Assembly: GCA_963725965.1 (NCBI GenBank)
Contig: CAVSAK010000009.1
Span: 78,290-142,289 of the forward strand
Length of the DNA stretch: 64,000 nt
Origin: an uncultured Actinomycetes bacterium
Lineage (GTDB): Bacteria; Actinomycetota; Thermoleophilia; Gaiellales; Gaiellaceae
Reading direction: 5' to 3'
The first letter of the stretch is position 1; each line of letters starts with the position of its first letter. The notes under the pieces were generated by a model. That model did not search any database and was not told the DNA's origin. It worked only from the letters and a program-made list of their open reading frames with translations. Below are positions 34,402-43,915 of this stretch, in pieces. Made by a program: the position numbers and the translations under genes.

Positions 34402-34496
34402 CTTACCCACCTTCGGCGCAACCTTGGCGCCTTCCGCACGCGCTGGCGGGGGTTCCGGCTCTACGAGATCACGTGGCCCTTGTTCTTCGGCGAAGT
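34402..34496 (-). pseudogene. Decayed copy of the last ~32 codons (PASTA tail) of the adjacent large gene
   Basis: 34402-34496 aligns with 31871-31966. The 3' 32 nt, GGCTCTACGAGATCACGTGGCCCTTGTTCTTC versus GGCTCTGGGAGATCACGTGACCCTTGTTCTTC, differ at 3 positions. The relic reads ...KNKGHVIS(stop) and, in a shifted frame, ...GAKVAPKVGK versus GSKVALKVGK in the intact gene. Confidence 0.6.
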
Positions 34497-34555
34497 GCAG
34501 TTACGAAACAAGACCCGCCGTCGGCTCATCCGGCGCACCGCGCTACGCTCCGCGC

Positions 34556-35113
34556 ATGCTCGGAGCCGTGATCGGCGCGCTCTTCATCGCGTTCATCACC
34601 GGGGCGCTCGCGCGCTTCGCGCTGCCGGGCCCCGATCCGATGCCGCCGTGGCTCACGCTGACGATCGGCCTCGTCGGATTCGTGGCCGGAACCGGGATCG
34701 TCCTCGCGATCGGCGGGCGGAAGGCCGCCTCCTGGTCGGGGCTGGCGAGCTTCTGCGTTGCGGTCGGGCTGGTGGTGATCTACCGGCGCTTCGTCCAGAA
34801 ACGGCCGCTGTGGGGCAGGGGCGCCTACCGCTTCCCGGACCGCGGTTTCGGCGTCGAGCAGTACCGCGAGCGGCTGAAGCGGGCCGGCATCGACCCCGAC
34901 CAGATCGGGACGCAGCCATTCGGCCTGCAGGCTCGGCCGCCGCTGCAGCCGCCCCTGGCCGGAGCTGGCCACCACCCCGGCTCGGGGGACGCTCCTACCG
35001 ACAACCCGGCGCACTATCTCGGCCTGCTGGAGGAGCTGCACGATACGGGCGTCCTCGACGACGACGAGTACACGGCGGCGCGCACGCGGCTCCTCGAGAG
35101 CCTGCGGGCCTGA
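34556..35113 (+). CDS. GlsB/YeaQ/YmgE-like membrane protein with a C-terminal SHOCT domain
   Basis: N-terminus MLGAVIGALFIAFITGALARFALPG...TIGLVGFVAGTGIV. C-terminus YLGLLEELHDTGVLDDDEYTAARTRLL (SHOCT-like). Confidence 0.68.
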   Translation: MLGAVIGALFIAFITGALARFALPGPDPMPPWLTLTIGLVGFVAGTGIVLAIGGRKAASWSGLASFCVAVGLVVIYRRFVQKRPLWGRGAYRFPDRGFGVEQYRERLKRAGIDPDQIGTQPFGLQARPPLQPPLAGAGHHPGSGDAPTDNPAHYLGLLEELHDTGVLDDDEYTAARTRLLESLRA

Positions 35114-35117
35114 ACGG

Positions 35118-35909
35118 CTAACGCGCGAAGCGGCGCTCGGCGGCGAGTGTCCAGTCGCCGCTCGACCAGTGGAACGTCCGGACGACGATCGCGTCGTCGT
35201 CCGCCTCGTGCAGGTGCAGCCCGCGGGCCTCGCCGAGCCGCCGCGGCCGCGGTTGCCCGAGCCCGGGCGCGATTGCGACCACGGAGGTGCGTGTCCCGCC
35301 GCCGAGCACCTCGAACTCGTGGCGCTCGCTCACGGCCGCCTGATGGATGTGTCCCGCGAGGATGAGGTCCGCGCCGGCACCGACGAGCGCGTGCAGCACG
35401 CGCTTGCGCCGCGAGACCGGGCGCTTGCGCGCCGCGCGCCAGGGCGCTCCGATCAGATGGTGGTGGAGCACGGCTACGCGGAGAGCTCCGGCGTCGGCCT
35501 CGGCGAGCCGTCCGGCCGCACGCTCCAGTTGGGCGCGGCTCAGCGCGCCGCCCTGGTGGCGAAAGGGCCGCGCCGAGTTGAGACCGACGACGTGCAGCCC
35601 GGGAAGCGACGCTGTCGGCTCGGTCGTCTTCCAGACTCGCTCGAACTCCGCCCAGGGACGTACGAACCGCGCCGGGGTGTAGGGCAAGTCGTGATTGCCG
35701 GGCACGGCGAGCACGGGTGGCCCGAGCGAGCGCAACAGCTCCGCCGCCCGCTCGAGCTGCGCGCGGCGGCCACGGTGCGCAAGATCGCCGGAGGCGATGA
35801 CGAGCTGAGGCTCCAGCCGCTCAGCGAGCCGCGCAAGAGCGCGCTCGACCTCAGGCTCCTCATGTGTACCCGTGTGCAGGTCGGATACATGGAGGAGCCG
35901 CGCGTTCAC
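35118..35909 (-). CDS. Metallophosphoesterase (calcineurin-like)
   Basis: HVSDLHTG, ASGDLAHRG, VPGNHD, LHHH and AGHIHQ. Confidence 0.85.
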   Translation of the reverse strand: MNARLLHVSDLHTGTHEEPEVERALARLAERLEPQLVIASGDLAHRGRRAQLERAAELLRSLGPPVLAVPGNHDLPYTPARFVRPWAEFERVWKTTEPTASLPGLHVVGLNSARPFRHQGGALSRAQLERAAGRLAEADAGALRVAVLHHHLIGAPWRAARKRPVSRRKRVLHALVGAGADLILAGHIHQAAVSERHEFEVLGGGTRTSVVAIAPGLGQPRPRRLGEARGLHLHEADDDAIVVRTFHWSSGDWTLAAERRFAR

Positions 35910-35937
35910 AACCGAACGAGGCTATAGATTGGAAGCT

Positions 35938-36177
35938 GTGACAGAAGACTCCTCCGAGATTTTCGACGACCTCTACCTCGGAGTACGAGCCGGGGGCGCG
36001 CTGCGCAAGCAGCGTCGGGGCGAGGAACTGACCGACGAAGAGCGGGAAGCGCTCACGCGCTGGCAGCGTCTGTCGACCGCGCGCAAGGCGGCGGCCATCG
36101 GCGCCTTCGCGTTCGGCACGTTCGGGCTCGGGTTCACGCTCGGCGGCCTCGTCTTCGGACGCTGGCGTCGGGCCTGA
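35938..36177 (+). CDS. Small membrane-anchored hypothetical protein
   Basis: The short ORF ends in the hydrophobic segment AAIGAFAFGTFGLGFTLGGLVFG. The start is uncertain (GTG 35938 or TTG 35929). Confidence 0.35.
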   Translation: MTEDSSEIFDDLYLGVRAGGALRKQRRGEELTDEEREALTRWQRLSTARKAAAIGAFAFGTFGLGFTLGGLVFGRWRRA

Positions 36178-36183
36178 GACGAG

Positions 36184-37275
36184 TCAGCGCTTCGCTTCTC
36201 CGGTCCCGGCGAAGAGCACTGTCGGTGCGTCCTCCTCGGCCGGGTCGCGGCCGCGCACCACGACGTCGACAAGCGTGGCGGCGACCGCAGCCATCGGCGT
36301 AGCGATGAGCACGTAGATCGGTCCGAGCAGGTAGCCCACGGAAACGACCGAGATCAGCACGACGAGCGGCGACAGTCCGACTGCGTGGCCCATGACGCGT
36401 GGCGCGATGGCGTAGTCCTGCAGCTGCCGCAAGATGAGCACCGCGACACCGGCGCCGACGGCCACCGTCCAACCTACGGTCAGCCCTGCACCGATCGCGA
36501 CCGCTCCTGCGACCAGCGGCCCGACGATCGGTATGAGTTCGACGATCCCGGCACCGACCCCGATCAGCAGCCAGTACGGCTCTCCATCGAGCCAAAAGGC
36601 GAGAGAGAGCAGGAAGGCCACGATCGTGACGAGCAGGAACTGCCCGCGGACGAAGGCGCCCAGCTTCATGTCGATCAGGACCCAGGTGTCGCGGGTCACG
36701 CGCCGGTGCTTGCGCGGCACGAGCGACTGGATGAGCCCGATCGTCGCGTCGCGCTCGAAGATCCAGTAGGCGCCCACGGCAAACATGAACAGGATCCCGA
36801 CCAGGATCTCGAGCGCCTTCGCCCCGAGTGAGATGGCGGGGTGGAGGAGGCTGGCGCCCGACGGCAGCTGCCGCAGCCGCTTGTCGAGCGCGCTGAGGAT
36901 CTCGTGCCGTATCCCGTGCGAGTGTTCGGCCGCGTGGTGGAGCTGGGAGGTCGACGTCGGGACCGTGCCGATCGCGTTGTCGATCTGGGTGATCGCGACC
37001 GGCACGACGAGATAGAGGAAGAGCGCGATCGCCGCGAGAAAGCCGACGTAGTGGAGGACGACGCCAACAGGCCGGGGGACGTGAGCCCGCCGATGCAGCC
37101 ACTCGATGCTCGGCCGCATCGCCGACGCGACCACGAAGCCGAGAAAGAGCAGCGCAATCACCACGCGGATCTTCCAGAGCGCGAGTGCTGCGATCAGGAT
37201 CGCGAGGACGACGATGGTCGTCGTCGCCGCCCGGCGTGCTGTTCCACCTATTTCCACAGGGATTCGTTGTTGCAA
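36184..37275 (-). CDS. AI-2E family transporter (PerM/UPF0118)
   Basis: Eight or so TM segments and the family-typical GAGIVELIPIVGPLVAGAVAIGAG. Confidence 0.82.
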   Translation of the reverse strand: MQQRIPVEIGGTARRAATTTIVVLAILIAALALWKIRVVIALLFLGFVVASAMRPSIEWLHRRAHVPRPVGVVLHYVGFLAAIALFLYLVVPVAITQIDNAIGTVPTSTSQLHHAAEHSHGIRHEILSALDKRLRQLPSGASLLHPAISLGAKALEILVGILFMFAVGAYWIFERDATIGLIQSLVPRKHRRVTRDTWVLIDMKLGAFVRGQFLLVTIVAFLLSLAFWLDGEPYWLLIGVGAGIVELIPIVGPLVAGAVAIGAGLTVGWTVAVGAGVAVLILRQLQDYAIAPRVMGHAVGLSPLVVLISVVSVGYLLGPIYVLIATPMAAVAATLVDVVVRGRDPAEEDAPTVLFAGTGEAKR

Positions 37276-37291
37276 CTAGAACGAAGCGGCC

Positions 37292-37693
37292 GTGGATACG
37301 CCCGTTTTTGAAGCGCACCGGCACGGGATCGCGCTCGCCCGTCCATTGCTGCGCGCGTTCGTCCTCGCCCTCGCAGGGGCAGCGTGCTTCCTCGCGCCGT
37401 GGAAGTTCGTGGGAGTCGCGGGCGCCCTCCTGCTCGGCCTAGCCGCTGTGATTGCCGTCGCCGCGGTGGGCCGCTGGGAGCGGACGCACCTCTTCGTCAC
37501 CGACAACGCGCTCGTCGTCGAGCACGGATTCCTGCGCCGGAGCAGCGCGTCGGTCTCGCTCAACGGGACGGTGTTCGAGGTCGAGCGGCCGCTGCTGGGC
37601 CGCATCCTCGGCTACGGAACCGTCGTCGTGGGGGGGCTCGAGATCGACTGCGTGCCGCGGCGGCTCACCCGCCTGCTCCAGCAGCGACGATAA
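37292..37693 (+). CDS. Membrane-flanked bacterial PH domain protein (bPH_2/DUF304-like)
   Basis: Two N-terminal TM segments, then THLFVTDNALVVEHGFLRRSSASVSL...ILGYGTVVV. Confidence 0.6.
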   Translation: MDTPVFEAHRHGIALARPLLRAFVLALAGAACFLAPWKFVGVAGALLLGLAAVIAVAAVGRWERTHLFVTDNALVVEHGFLRRSSASVSLNGTVFEVERPLLGRILGYGTVVVGGLEIDCVPRRLTRLLQQRR

Positions 37694-37733
37694 CCCTTCC
37701 GAACACACGTTCGGCCGATAGAATGCCCCTCGT

Positions 37734-40580
37734 ATGGCTGCCGACGAACTTGTGGTCCACGGCGCCCGCGAGCACAACCTGAAGGACATCACCGTCCGCC
37801 TGCCGCGGAACCGCCTCATCTGCATCACCGGCCTCTCCGGGTCCGGCAAGTCCTCGCTTGCCTTCGACACGATCTACGCGGAGGGGCAGCGCCGCTACGT
37901 CGAGTCGCTGTCCGCGTACGCCCGCCAGTTCCTGCAGATGATGGAGAAGCCGGACGTCGACCACATCGACGGCCTCAGCCCGGCGATCTCGATCGACCAG
38001 AAGACGACCTCTCGGAACCCGCGCTCCACGGTCGGCACCGTGACCGAGATCTACGACTACCTCCGCCTGCTCTACGCGCGGGTCGGGCGGCCGCACTGCC
38101 CGATCTGCGGCAAGCCGATCGCAGGGCAGTCGCTCGACGCGATCGTCGACCAGGTGCTCAAGCTCGAGGAGGGGACGCGCTTCACGGTCAACGCGCCCAT
38201 CGTCCGCGACCGCAAGGGCGAGTACAAGGCGGAGTTCGAGGACCTGACCCGGGAGGGCTTCACGCGTGTCAAGGTCGACGGCGAGCAGTACGTCCTCGAG
38301 GAGGGCGTGCCCGAGCTCGACAAGAAGTTCAAGCACACGATCGAGGTCGTCGTCGACCGGCTCGTGATGCGTCCCGACCTGCGGCTCCGCCTCACGCAGT
38401 CGATCGAGACGGCGGCCGGGCTCGCGGAGGGACTCGTGGCGGTCGACCTCGTCGCCAGCGGCGAGCAACTCCTCTTCTCCGAGAACTTCGCCTGCCCGGA
38501 TCACGGCGTCTCGCTGCCCGAGCTCCAGCCGCGGATCTTTTCCTTCAACGCGCCGCACGGCGCGTGCCCGCGCTGCACCGGTCTCGGTTCGCAGCAGGAG
38601 ATCGACCCGGACCTGCTCGTCCCAGACCCGTCCCTCTCGATCGACGACGGCGCGCTCGTGCCGTGGTCGGTAGGCGGGTCGTCGGGCTTCTACGAGGCCG
38701 TGATCCAGGCGATCGCCGACCGCTACGAGATCGACACGTCGAAGCCGTGGGCCGAGCTGACCGAGGCCGAGCAGGACCGCTTCCTCAACGGCACCGACGG
38801 GGAGAAGCTCTATGTCCAGTACCGCAACCGCATGGGGCGCCGGCGCCAGTACATGCTCGCGTTCGACGGGATCGTCGCCAGCCTCCAGCGCCGGTACAGG
38901 GAGACGGACTCGTCCACTGCGCGCGAACGGATCGAGGAGTACATGTCGCTGCGGCCGTGCCCGGTGTGCAAGGGCGCGCGCCTCAAGCCCGAGGTGCTGG
39001 CGGTGACGGTGGGCGAGTGTTCGATCCACGACTTCACGCAGATGTCGGTCTCGCGCGCACTCGGCTTCCTCGACGAGCTCGGCCTGACACCGACCGAGGA
39101 GCTGATCGGGCATCGGATCGTGAAGGAGATCCGCGAGCGGCTGACGTTCCTCGACGACGTCGGCGTCGGCTACCTGACTCTCGACCGCGCAGCGGCGACG
39201 CTGTCGGGCGGCGAGGCGCAGCGGCTCCGGCTCGCGACGCAGATCGGCTCGCAGCTCGTCGGCGTCCTCTACATCCTCGACGAGCCGTCGATCGGCCTCC
39301 ACCAGCGCGACAACGCGCGGCTGATCGACACGCTCGGGCGGCTGCGCGACATCGGCAACACCGTGGTCGTCGTGGAGCACGACGAGGAGATGATGCGTCG
39401 CTCCGACTGGCTCGTCGACATGGGGCCGGGTGCGGGCCTCCACGGAGGCGAGGTCGTCGCGGAGGGGCCGGCGGCGAAGGTCGAGCGCGTCGGGAAATCG
39501 GTTACGGGGCAGTTCCTCGCGGGCAAGCGGTCGATCGCGGTGCCCGAGCGGCGTGACGAGGACCGAGGTTCGTTCCTCGTCCGCGGCGCCGCGCAGCACA
39601 ACCTCAAGGACATCGACGTCGAGTTCCCCGTCGGCAAGTTCATCACCGTGACGGGCGTCTCGGGCTCCGGCAAGTCGACGCTCGTGAACGAGATCGTCTT
39701 CAAGGCACTCGCGAACCGGCTCAACCGCGCGCGGGTCAAGCCGGGCGCACATGCGAGCGTGGAGGGGATCGACGTCTTCGACAAGGTGATCGAGATCGAC
39801 CAGAAGCCGATCGGGCGCACACCGCGCTCGAACCCGGCGACCTACACCGACCTGTTCACGCACATCAGGGAGCTCTATTCGCTCACGCCGGAGGCGAAGG
39901 TGCGGGGCTACAAGCCGGGCCGCTTCTCGTTCAACGTCCGCGGCGGCCGCTGTGAGACCTGCAAGGGCGACGGGCAGATCAAGATCGAGATGCACTTCCT
40001 GCCCGACGTCTACGTGCCCTGCGAGACGTGCAAGGGCGCGCGCTACAACCGCGAGACCCTCGAGGTGCGGTTCAAGGGCAAGTCGATCGCGGACGTGCTC
40101 GACATGTCGGTCGAGGAGGCGCTCCGTTTCTTCGCGAAGATTCCGAAGATCCGGCGCCGCCTGCAGACGCTCCACGACGTCGGGCTCGACTACATCAAGC
40201 TCGGGCAGCCTGCGACGACGCTCTCCGGGGGCGAGGCGCAGCGCGTCAAGCTCGCGGCCGAGCTGAGCAAGGTCGCCACGGGGAAGACGCTCTACATCCT
40301 CGACGAGCCGACCACGGGACTCCACTTCGCGGACATCGAGAAGCTGCTCGAGACGCTGCAGCGCCTCGTCGACGGCGGCAACACCATGATCGTGATCGAG
40401 CACAACCTCGACGTGATCAAGCAGGCCGACTGGGTGATCGACCTCGGTCCGGAGGGCGGGGACGCGGGCGGCGAGCTCATCGCCGTCGGCACGCCCGAGG
40501 ACGTCGCGCGGGTCGAAGGGAGCTTCACCGGCACCTTCCTCCAGCACGTCCTGCCGGAGCGTGCGGTCGCGGCCGCCTAG
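37734..40580 (+). CDS. uvrA: Excinuclease ABC subunit A
   Basis: GAREHNLK, two ABC modules ([25 protein letters not shown], two LSGGE signatures), and zinc-finger Cys pairs. Confidence 0.97.
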   Translation: MAADELVVHGAREHNLKDITVRLPRNRLICITGLSGSGKSSLAFDTIYAEGQRRYVESLSAYARQFLQMMEKPDVDHIDGLSPAISIDQKTTSRNPRSTVGTVTEIYDYLRLLYARVGRPHCPICGKPIAGQSLDAIVDQVLKLEEGTRFTVNAPIVRDRKGEYKAEFEDLTREGFTRVKVDGEQYVLEEGVPELDKKFKHTIEVVVDRLVMRPDLRLRLTQSIETAAGLAEGLVAVDLVASGEQLLFSENFACPDHGVSLPELQPRIFSFNAPHGACPRCTGLGSQQEIDPDLLVPDPSLSIDDGALVPWSVGGSSGFYEAVIQAIADRYEIDTSKPWAELTEAEQDRFLNGTDGEKLYVQYRNRMGRRRQYMLAFDGIVASLQRRYRETDSSTARERIEEYMSLRPCPVCKGARLKPEVLAVTVGECSIHDFTQMSVSRALGFLDELGLTPTEELIGHRIVKEIRERLTFLDDVGVGYLTLDRAAATLSGGEAQRLRLATQIGSQLVGVLYILDEPSIGLHQRDNARLIDTLGRLRDIGNTVVVVEHDEEMMRRSDWLVDMGPGAGLHGGEVVAEGPAAKVERVGKSVTGQFLAGKRSIAVPERRDEDRGSFLVRGAAQHNLKDIDVEFPVGKFITVTGVSGSGKSTLVNEIVFKALANRLNRARVKPGAHASVEGIDVFDKVIEIDQKPIGRTPRSNPATYTDLFTHIRELYSLTPEAKVRGYKPGRFSFNVRGGRCETCKGDGQIKIEMHFLPDVYVPCETCKGARYNRETLEVRFKGKSIADVLDMSVEEALRFFAKIPKIRRRLQTLHDVGLDYIKLGQPATTLSGGEAQRVKLAAELSKVATGKTLYILDEPTTGLHFADIEKLLETLQRLVDGGNTMIVIEHNLDVIKQADWVIDLGPEGGDAGGELIAVGTPEDVARVEGSFTGTFLQHVLPERAVAAA

Positions 40581-40643
40581 GCACGAGGACACGTCCGAAA
40601 CGGACACTTGTCGGGCGCGCGGTTCGGCGTCAGACTCCACCGC

Positions 40644-40874
40644 ATGGAGGCAGGCGCCCGAGTGGAAGCGGGCTACACCGGTGCAGCCGTTGCCGGAGCC
40701 GTGCTGGCGACGCTGTTCTTTCCCTTCTTCGCGCTGATAGCGGCGCTCCTGCTGCAGGGCGGCCAGCCGGATCCGCGCAAGAGAGCGCAGCTCCGCACGT
40801 GGGCCTGGGTCTCGGGAGGCTGGCTCCTCTTCGCAGCCGTCCTCTGGACGGTCTTGGCCTCGGTCACGCTCTGA
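40644..40874 (+). CDS. Small two-TM membrane protein (hypothetical)
   Basis: The ORF has two hydrophobic segments, AVAGAVLATLFFPFFALIAALLL and WVSGGWLLFAAVLWTVLA. An alternative TTG start exists at 40608. Confidence 0.35.
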   Translation: MEAGARVEAGYTGAAVAGAVLATLFFPFFALIAALLLQGGQPDPRKRAQLRTWAWVSGGWLLFAAVLWTVLASVTL

Positions 40875-40899
40875 CCGTTACGGGCTAACCTCATCGTCG

Positions 40900-41550
40900 A
40901 TGGCGGCGACCGCGGACACCCCGCGTACCTCGGCGCTCGACCGGAGCTGGTGGCTGCGTGCGCCGGCCGTGCTCGTCGCGCCCCGCGCCGTCTTCGTCTC
41001 GCTGCGGGACGACTCCGAGGAGGCCGTCGAGGCGCGGCAGGAGCCGATCACCGCGATCGCCGGGCTCGCGGGAATCGCAGGGGTGCTCGCAACGCCCGTC
41101 GCGCGCCATCTCCTGAACGACGCCTCGTTTTCGGTCTCGCTCATCCCCGTCTGGGCCTTCTTCGGCGGCGTCGTCTACGCGGTCGCCGTCTACTGGCTCG
41201 GCGGTGGGCTCCTCTTCGGCGCGGCCCGCCGCTTCGGCAGCCTAGGTAGCTACCGTCGCGCGCGGCACCTGCTGACTCTCTCCGCCGTCCCTGTCGCACT
41301 CACCCTCTTCACGGTGTGGCCGATCCGGATCGCGATCTACGGCGAGAACCTCTTCCGCACGGGCGGCAGCGACTGGGGGCCGGGCGACCGGACCTTCGGC
41401 GCGCTGCTCTACTTCGCGTTCGCCTGGAGCGCCGTTCTGCTCGTCCTGGGCGTCCGCAGCGTCCACGGTTGGAGCTGGGGGCGCTCGTTGGCCACGGTCG
41501 GGCTGGCCGCGTCTGTGCCGGTGCTGGTCGTCCTCGCGACGATCCTCTAG
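40900..41550 (+). CDS. Yip1-like polytopic membrane protein
   Basis: A soluble N-terminus followed by about 5 TM segments. The layout resembles the Yip1 domain; no catalytic motifs. Confidence 0.55.
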   Translation: MAATADTPRTSALDRSWWLRAPAVLVAPRAVFVSLRDDSEEAVEARQEPITAIAGLAGIAGVLATPVARHLLNDASFSVSLIPVWAFFGGVVYAVAVYWLGGGLLFGAARRFGSLGSYRRARHLLTLSAVPVALTLFTVWPIRIAIYGENLFRTGGSDWGPGDRTFGALLYFAFAWSAVLLVLGVRSVHGWSWGRSLATVGLAASVPVLVVLATIL

Positions 41551-42452
41551 TCCTCGCCGGTCCGGGTCGGAGCGCCCTCGAATTCCGCCTGCTCCTCTTC
41601 GGGCATCGCGTACGTGTGGCGCTCCTCCGGGAAGGCACCGGTCCGCACCTCCTCGGCGAACCGGGACAGCGCCTCCACGATCGCCTCGCCCAGCTCGGCG
41701 TACCGCTTGACGAAGCGCGGCGCCCGGCCCTCGTAGAAGCCGAGCATGTCGTGCCAGACGAGCACCTGCCCGTCCGTCGCCGCGCCCGCGCCGATGCCGA
41801 TCGTCGGCACCGTGAGCGCCCCCGTCGCGGCGCGCCCGACGGCAGGAGGAACGGCCTCGAGCACGATCGCGAAGCAGCCGGCCGCCTCGAGCGCGAGTGC
41901 ATCCTCAACCAGCTGCCGGGCGCGCTCGGCCGTCCTCCCCTGCGCCTTGAAGCCGCCGAGCACCGTCGCGGTCTGCGGCGTCAGCCCCACGTGCCCCATG
42001 ACGGGAATCCCGGCTCCCACGATCGCCCGCGCCCGCGCGACCGAGGTCCCGCCGCGCTCGAGCTTGACCGCGTCCGCGCCGCCCTCCTTCACGAGGCGCA
42101 CCGCGTTGTGCACCGCCTGCTCGTCCGACTCCTCGTACGAGCCGAAGGGCATGTCCGCGATCACGAGGGGCCGTTTCGCTCCGCGCGTCACCCACTGGGT
42201 CATGAACACGATCTCGTCGAGGGACACCGGGACGGTCGATTCCCGGCCGTGGACGACCATTCCCGACGAGTCCCCCACCAGGATCAGGTCGACGCCGGCG
42301 GCATCGGCGAGACGCCCGCTTGGCGCGTCGTACGCGGTGACCATCACGATCTTGTCGCCGCGCCGCTTCATCTCGGCGAGCTCCGGAAGAGGCAGCTTGC
42401 CGGCCGTCCAGGAGGCATAGCGCGTGGGCTTCGGCTTCGGGTCGTCGCTCAT
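41547..42452 (-). CDS. panB: 3-methyl-2-oxobutanoate hydroxymethyltransferase
   Basis: KIVMVTAYDAPSGRLADAAGVDLILVGDSSGMVVHG, ADMPFGSY, and GADAVKLEGG-like KLERGG. Confidence 0.95.
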   Translation of the reverse strand: MSDDPKPKPTRYASWTAGKLPLPELAEMKRRGDKIVMVTAYDAPSGRLADAAGVDLILVGDSSGMVVHGRESTVPVSLDEIVFMTQWVTRGAKRPLVIADMPFGSYEESDEQAVHNAVRLVKEGGADAVKLERGGTSVARARAIVGAGIPVMGHVGLTPQTATVLGGFKAQGRTAERARQLVEDALALEAAGCFAIVLEAVPPAVGRAATGALTVPTIGIGAGAATDGQVLVWHDMLGFYEGRAPRFVKRYAELGEAIVEALSRFAEEVRTGAFPEERHTYAMPEEEQAEFEGAPTRTGED

Positions 42453-43213
42453 GTGAGCTCTCCTTCCAGGAGGACGTTGTCGATCAGGCGGGTGGAGCCG
42501 ACGCGGATCGCGGCGGCGAGAACCTTTGCGTCGCCCAGGTCGAGCACCTCGACGTACTCGGGCTCGAGGCCGTTGAGCGAGGCGCGCGCCGCGGCGGCGG
42601 GATCCGTACTCGCGACGGCTTCGCGCAGTGCACGCGGCAGCGCGAGTGCGCGCTCGCGCTCGTCGGGGGAGAGGTGGACGTTGCGGGACGAGTGCGCGAG
42701 CCCGTCGGGGTCGCGCACGGTCGGGACAACGCGAATCTCCACGGCCACATTCAGGTCCCGGACGAGGCGCCGGGCGACCGCAACCTGCTGTGCGTCCTTC
42801 TGGCCGAAGTACGCGCGCTCGGGCCGGACGAGGTTGAACAGCTTCAGGCAGACGGTCGCGACGCCCCGGAAGTGCCCCGGCCGGGCGACGCCTTCGGCTC
42901 CCGTGTCGTCCGGCTCCACCCAGGTGGCGAAACCGGCCGGGTAGAGCTCGTCGGGCTCCGGCGCGAAGACGACGTCGACGCCTTCCGCGGCTGCGATCTC
43001 GAGATCGCGTTCCTCGTGGCGTGGATAGGCCTCGAGGTCGGTCGGCTCGTCGAACTGGGCCGGGTTGACGAAGAGGGACGCGACGACGCGCTCGTTCTCG
43101 GCCCGCGCCGCGCGGAAGAGCGCGCGGTGGCCGTCGTGCAGCGCTCCCAGCGTCGGCACGAGCCCGGTTCCCGGCGCGGTCTCGAGCGCGGCAATCGTGC
43201 GGAAGATCTTCAT
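42449..43213 (-). CDS. panC: Pantoate-beta-alanine ligase
   Basis: PTLGALHDGHRALF, FVNPAQF, GHFRGVATV, FGQKDAQQ and SSRN. ATGA overlaps on both sides. Confidence 0.93.
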   Translation of the reverse strand: MKIFRTIAALETAPGTGLVPTLGALHDGHRALFRAARAENERVVASLFVNPAQFDEPTDLEAYPRHEERDLEIAAAEGVDVVFAPEPDELYPAGFATWVEPDDTGAEGVARPGHFRGVATVCLKLFNLVRPERAYFGQKDAQQVAVARRLVRDLNVAVEIRVVPTVRDPDGLAHSSRNVHLSPDERERALALPRALREAVASTDPAAAARASLNGLEPEYVEVLDLGDAKVLAAAIRVGSTRLIDNVLLEGELT

Positions 43214-43866
43214 GCGAGCAGCGCCGTCGCTTCGGCCAGCGTCTCGTAGAGGTGCTCGAGCTCGGGGTGGGTCGCCCGGATCGCCCGTTTGTGCGCCTCG
43301 ACGGTCGCCCAGTCGCCGCGCGCGATCGGGCCGGTCAGCTCGAACCCGTGCTCGATCGTCCCCTTCATCAGTTGCACGAGCCCCTCGGCGGGGACGCCCA
43401 GCTGCACGGCAGCCCGCTGCAACGTCACGAGATAGTTCGAGGCGAAAACCGCGCCGGCGTGGTAGAGCGTCCGGTCTTCGTCGGCCAACTCGAAGGGCCG
43501 CAGCCCGAGTGTCTCCGCGAGCTCCCGCGCGACCGCGAGCGCCTCGTCGGTTTCGCCGGTGACCGCTGCCCAGGCGCCGTCGAGCTGAGCCGGATCGCCG
43601 CTCCGGTCGAACGACTGCAACGGATGGAGCGAGAACCGATGCTCGTGCGGATCGAGCGCGGCGAGCGGCGTCGCGCCCGAGACATGTCCCACCCAGGCAC
43701 GTCCCGGTGCCAGGCACCGGGACACGTCGCCAATGGCCGTGTCCGGAACGCAGAGCAGGACGACGTCGGGGTCCGCTCCGCCCACGGCGATGCCGCGCTC
43801 GCGGAGGCGGGCGGTGACGGCCGAACCGACTCGGCCCGAACCGATGACGTGGACTCTCTCGATCAC
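43210..43866 (-). CDS. Rossmann-fold oxidoreductase with a DUF2520-like C-terminus (candidate ketopantoate reductase)
   Basis: N-terminal VHVIGSGRVGSAV. C-terminal YHAGAVFASNYLVTL...TGPIARGD. Sits first in the panC-panB operon. Confidence 0.7.
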   Translation of the reverse strand: MIERVHVIGSGRVGSAVTARLRERGIAVGGADPDVVLLCVPDTAIGDVSRCLAPGRAWVGHVSGATPLAALDPHEHRFSLHPLQSFDRSGDPAQLDGAWAAVTGETDEALAVARELAETLGLRPFELADEDRTLYHAGAVFASNYLVTLQRAAVQLGVPAEGLVQLMKGTIEHGFELTGPIARGDWATVEAHKRAIRATHPELEHLYETLAEATALLA

Positions 43867-43915
43867 GATCTAGCTCCAGTTCCGAACCGGATACCGGGCA
43901 GAGCGGATTGTACTC

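Noticed and set aside
35903-35910. A Rex-box half-site, TTCACAA, at the metallophosphoesterase start. A TTGTGA at about 60043 upstream of the hppA gene was also considered.
   Set aside because: In both places only one half-site is present, with no properly spaced inverted partner. This is most likely chance.
40588-40612. A hairpin, GACACGTCCGAAACGGACACTTGTC, after the uvrA gene as a terminator.
   Set aside because: The stem is interrupted (5 bp plus 4 bp with an internal loop) and there is no U tract. It also overlaps a possible TTG start of the next small ORF.
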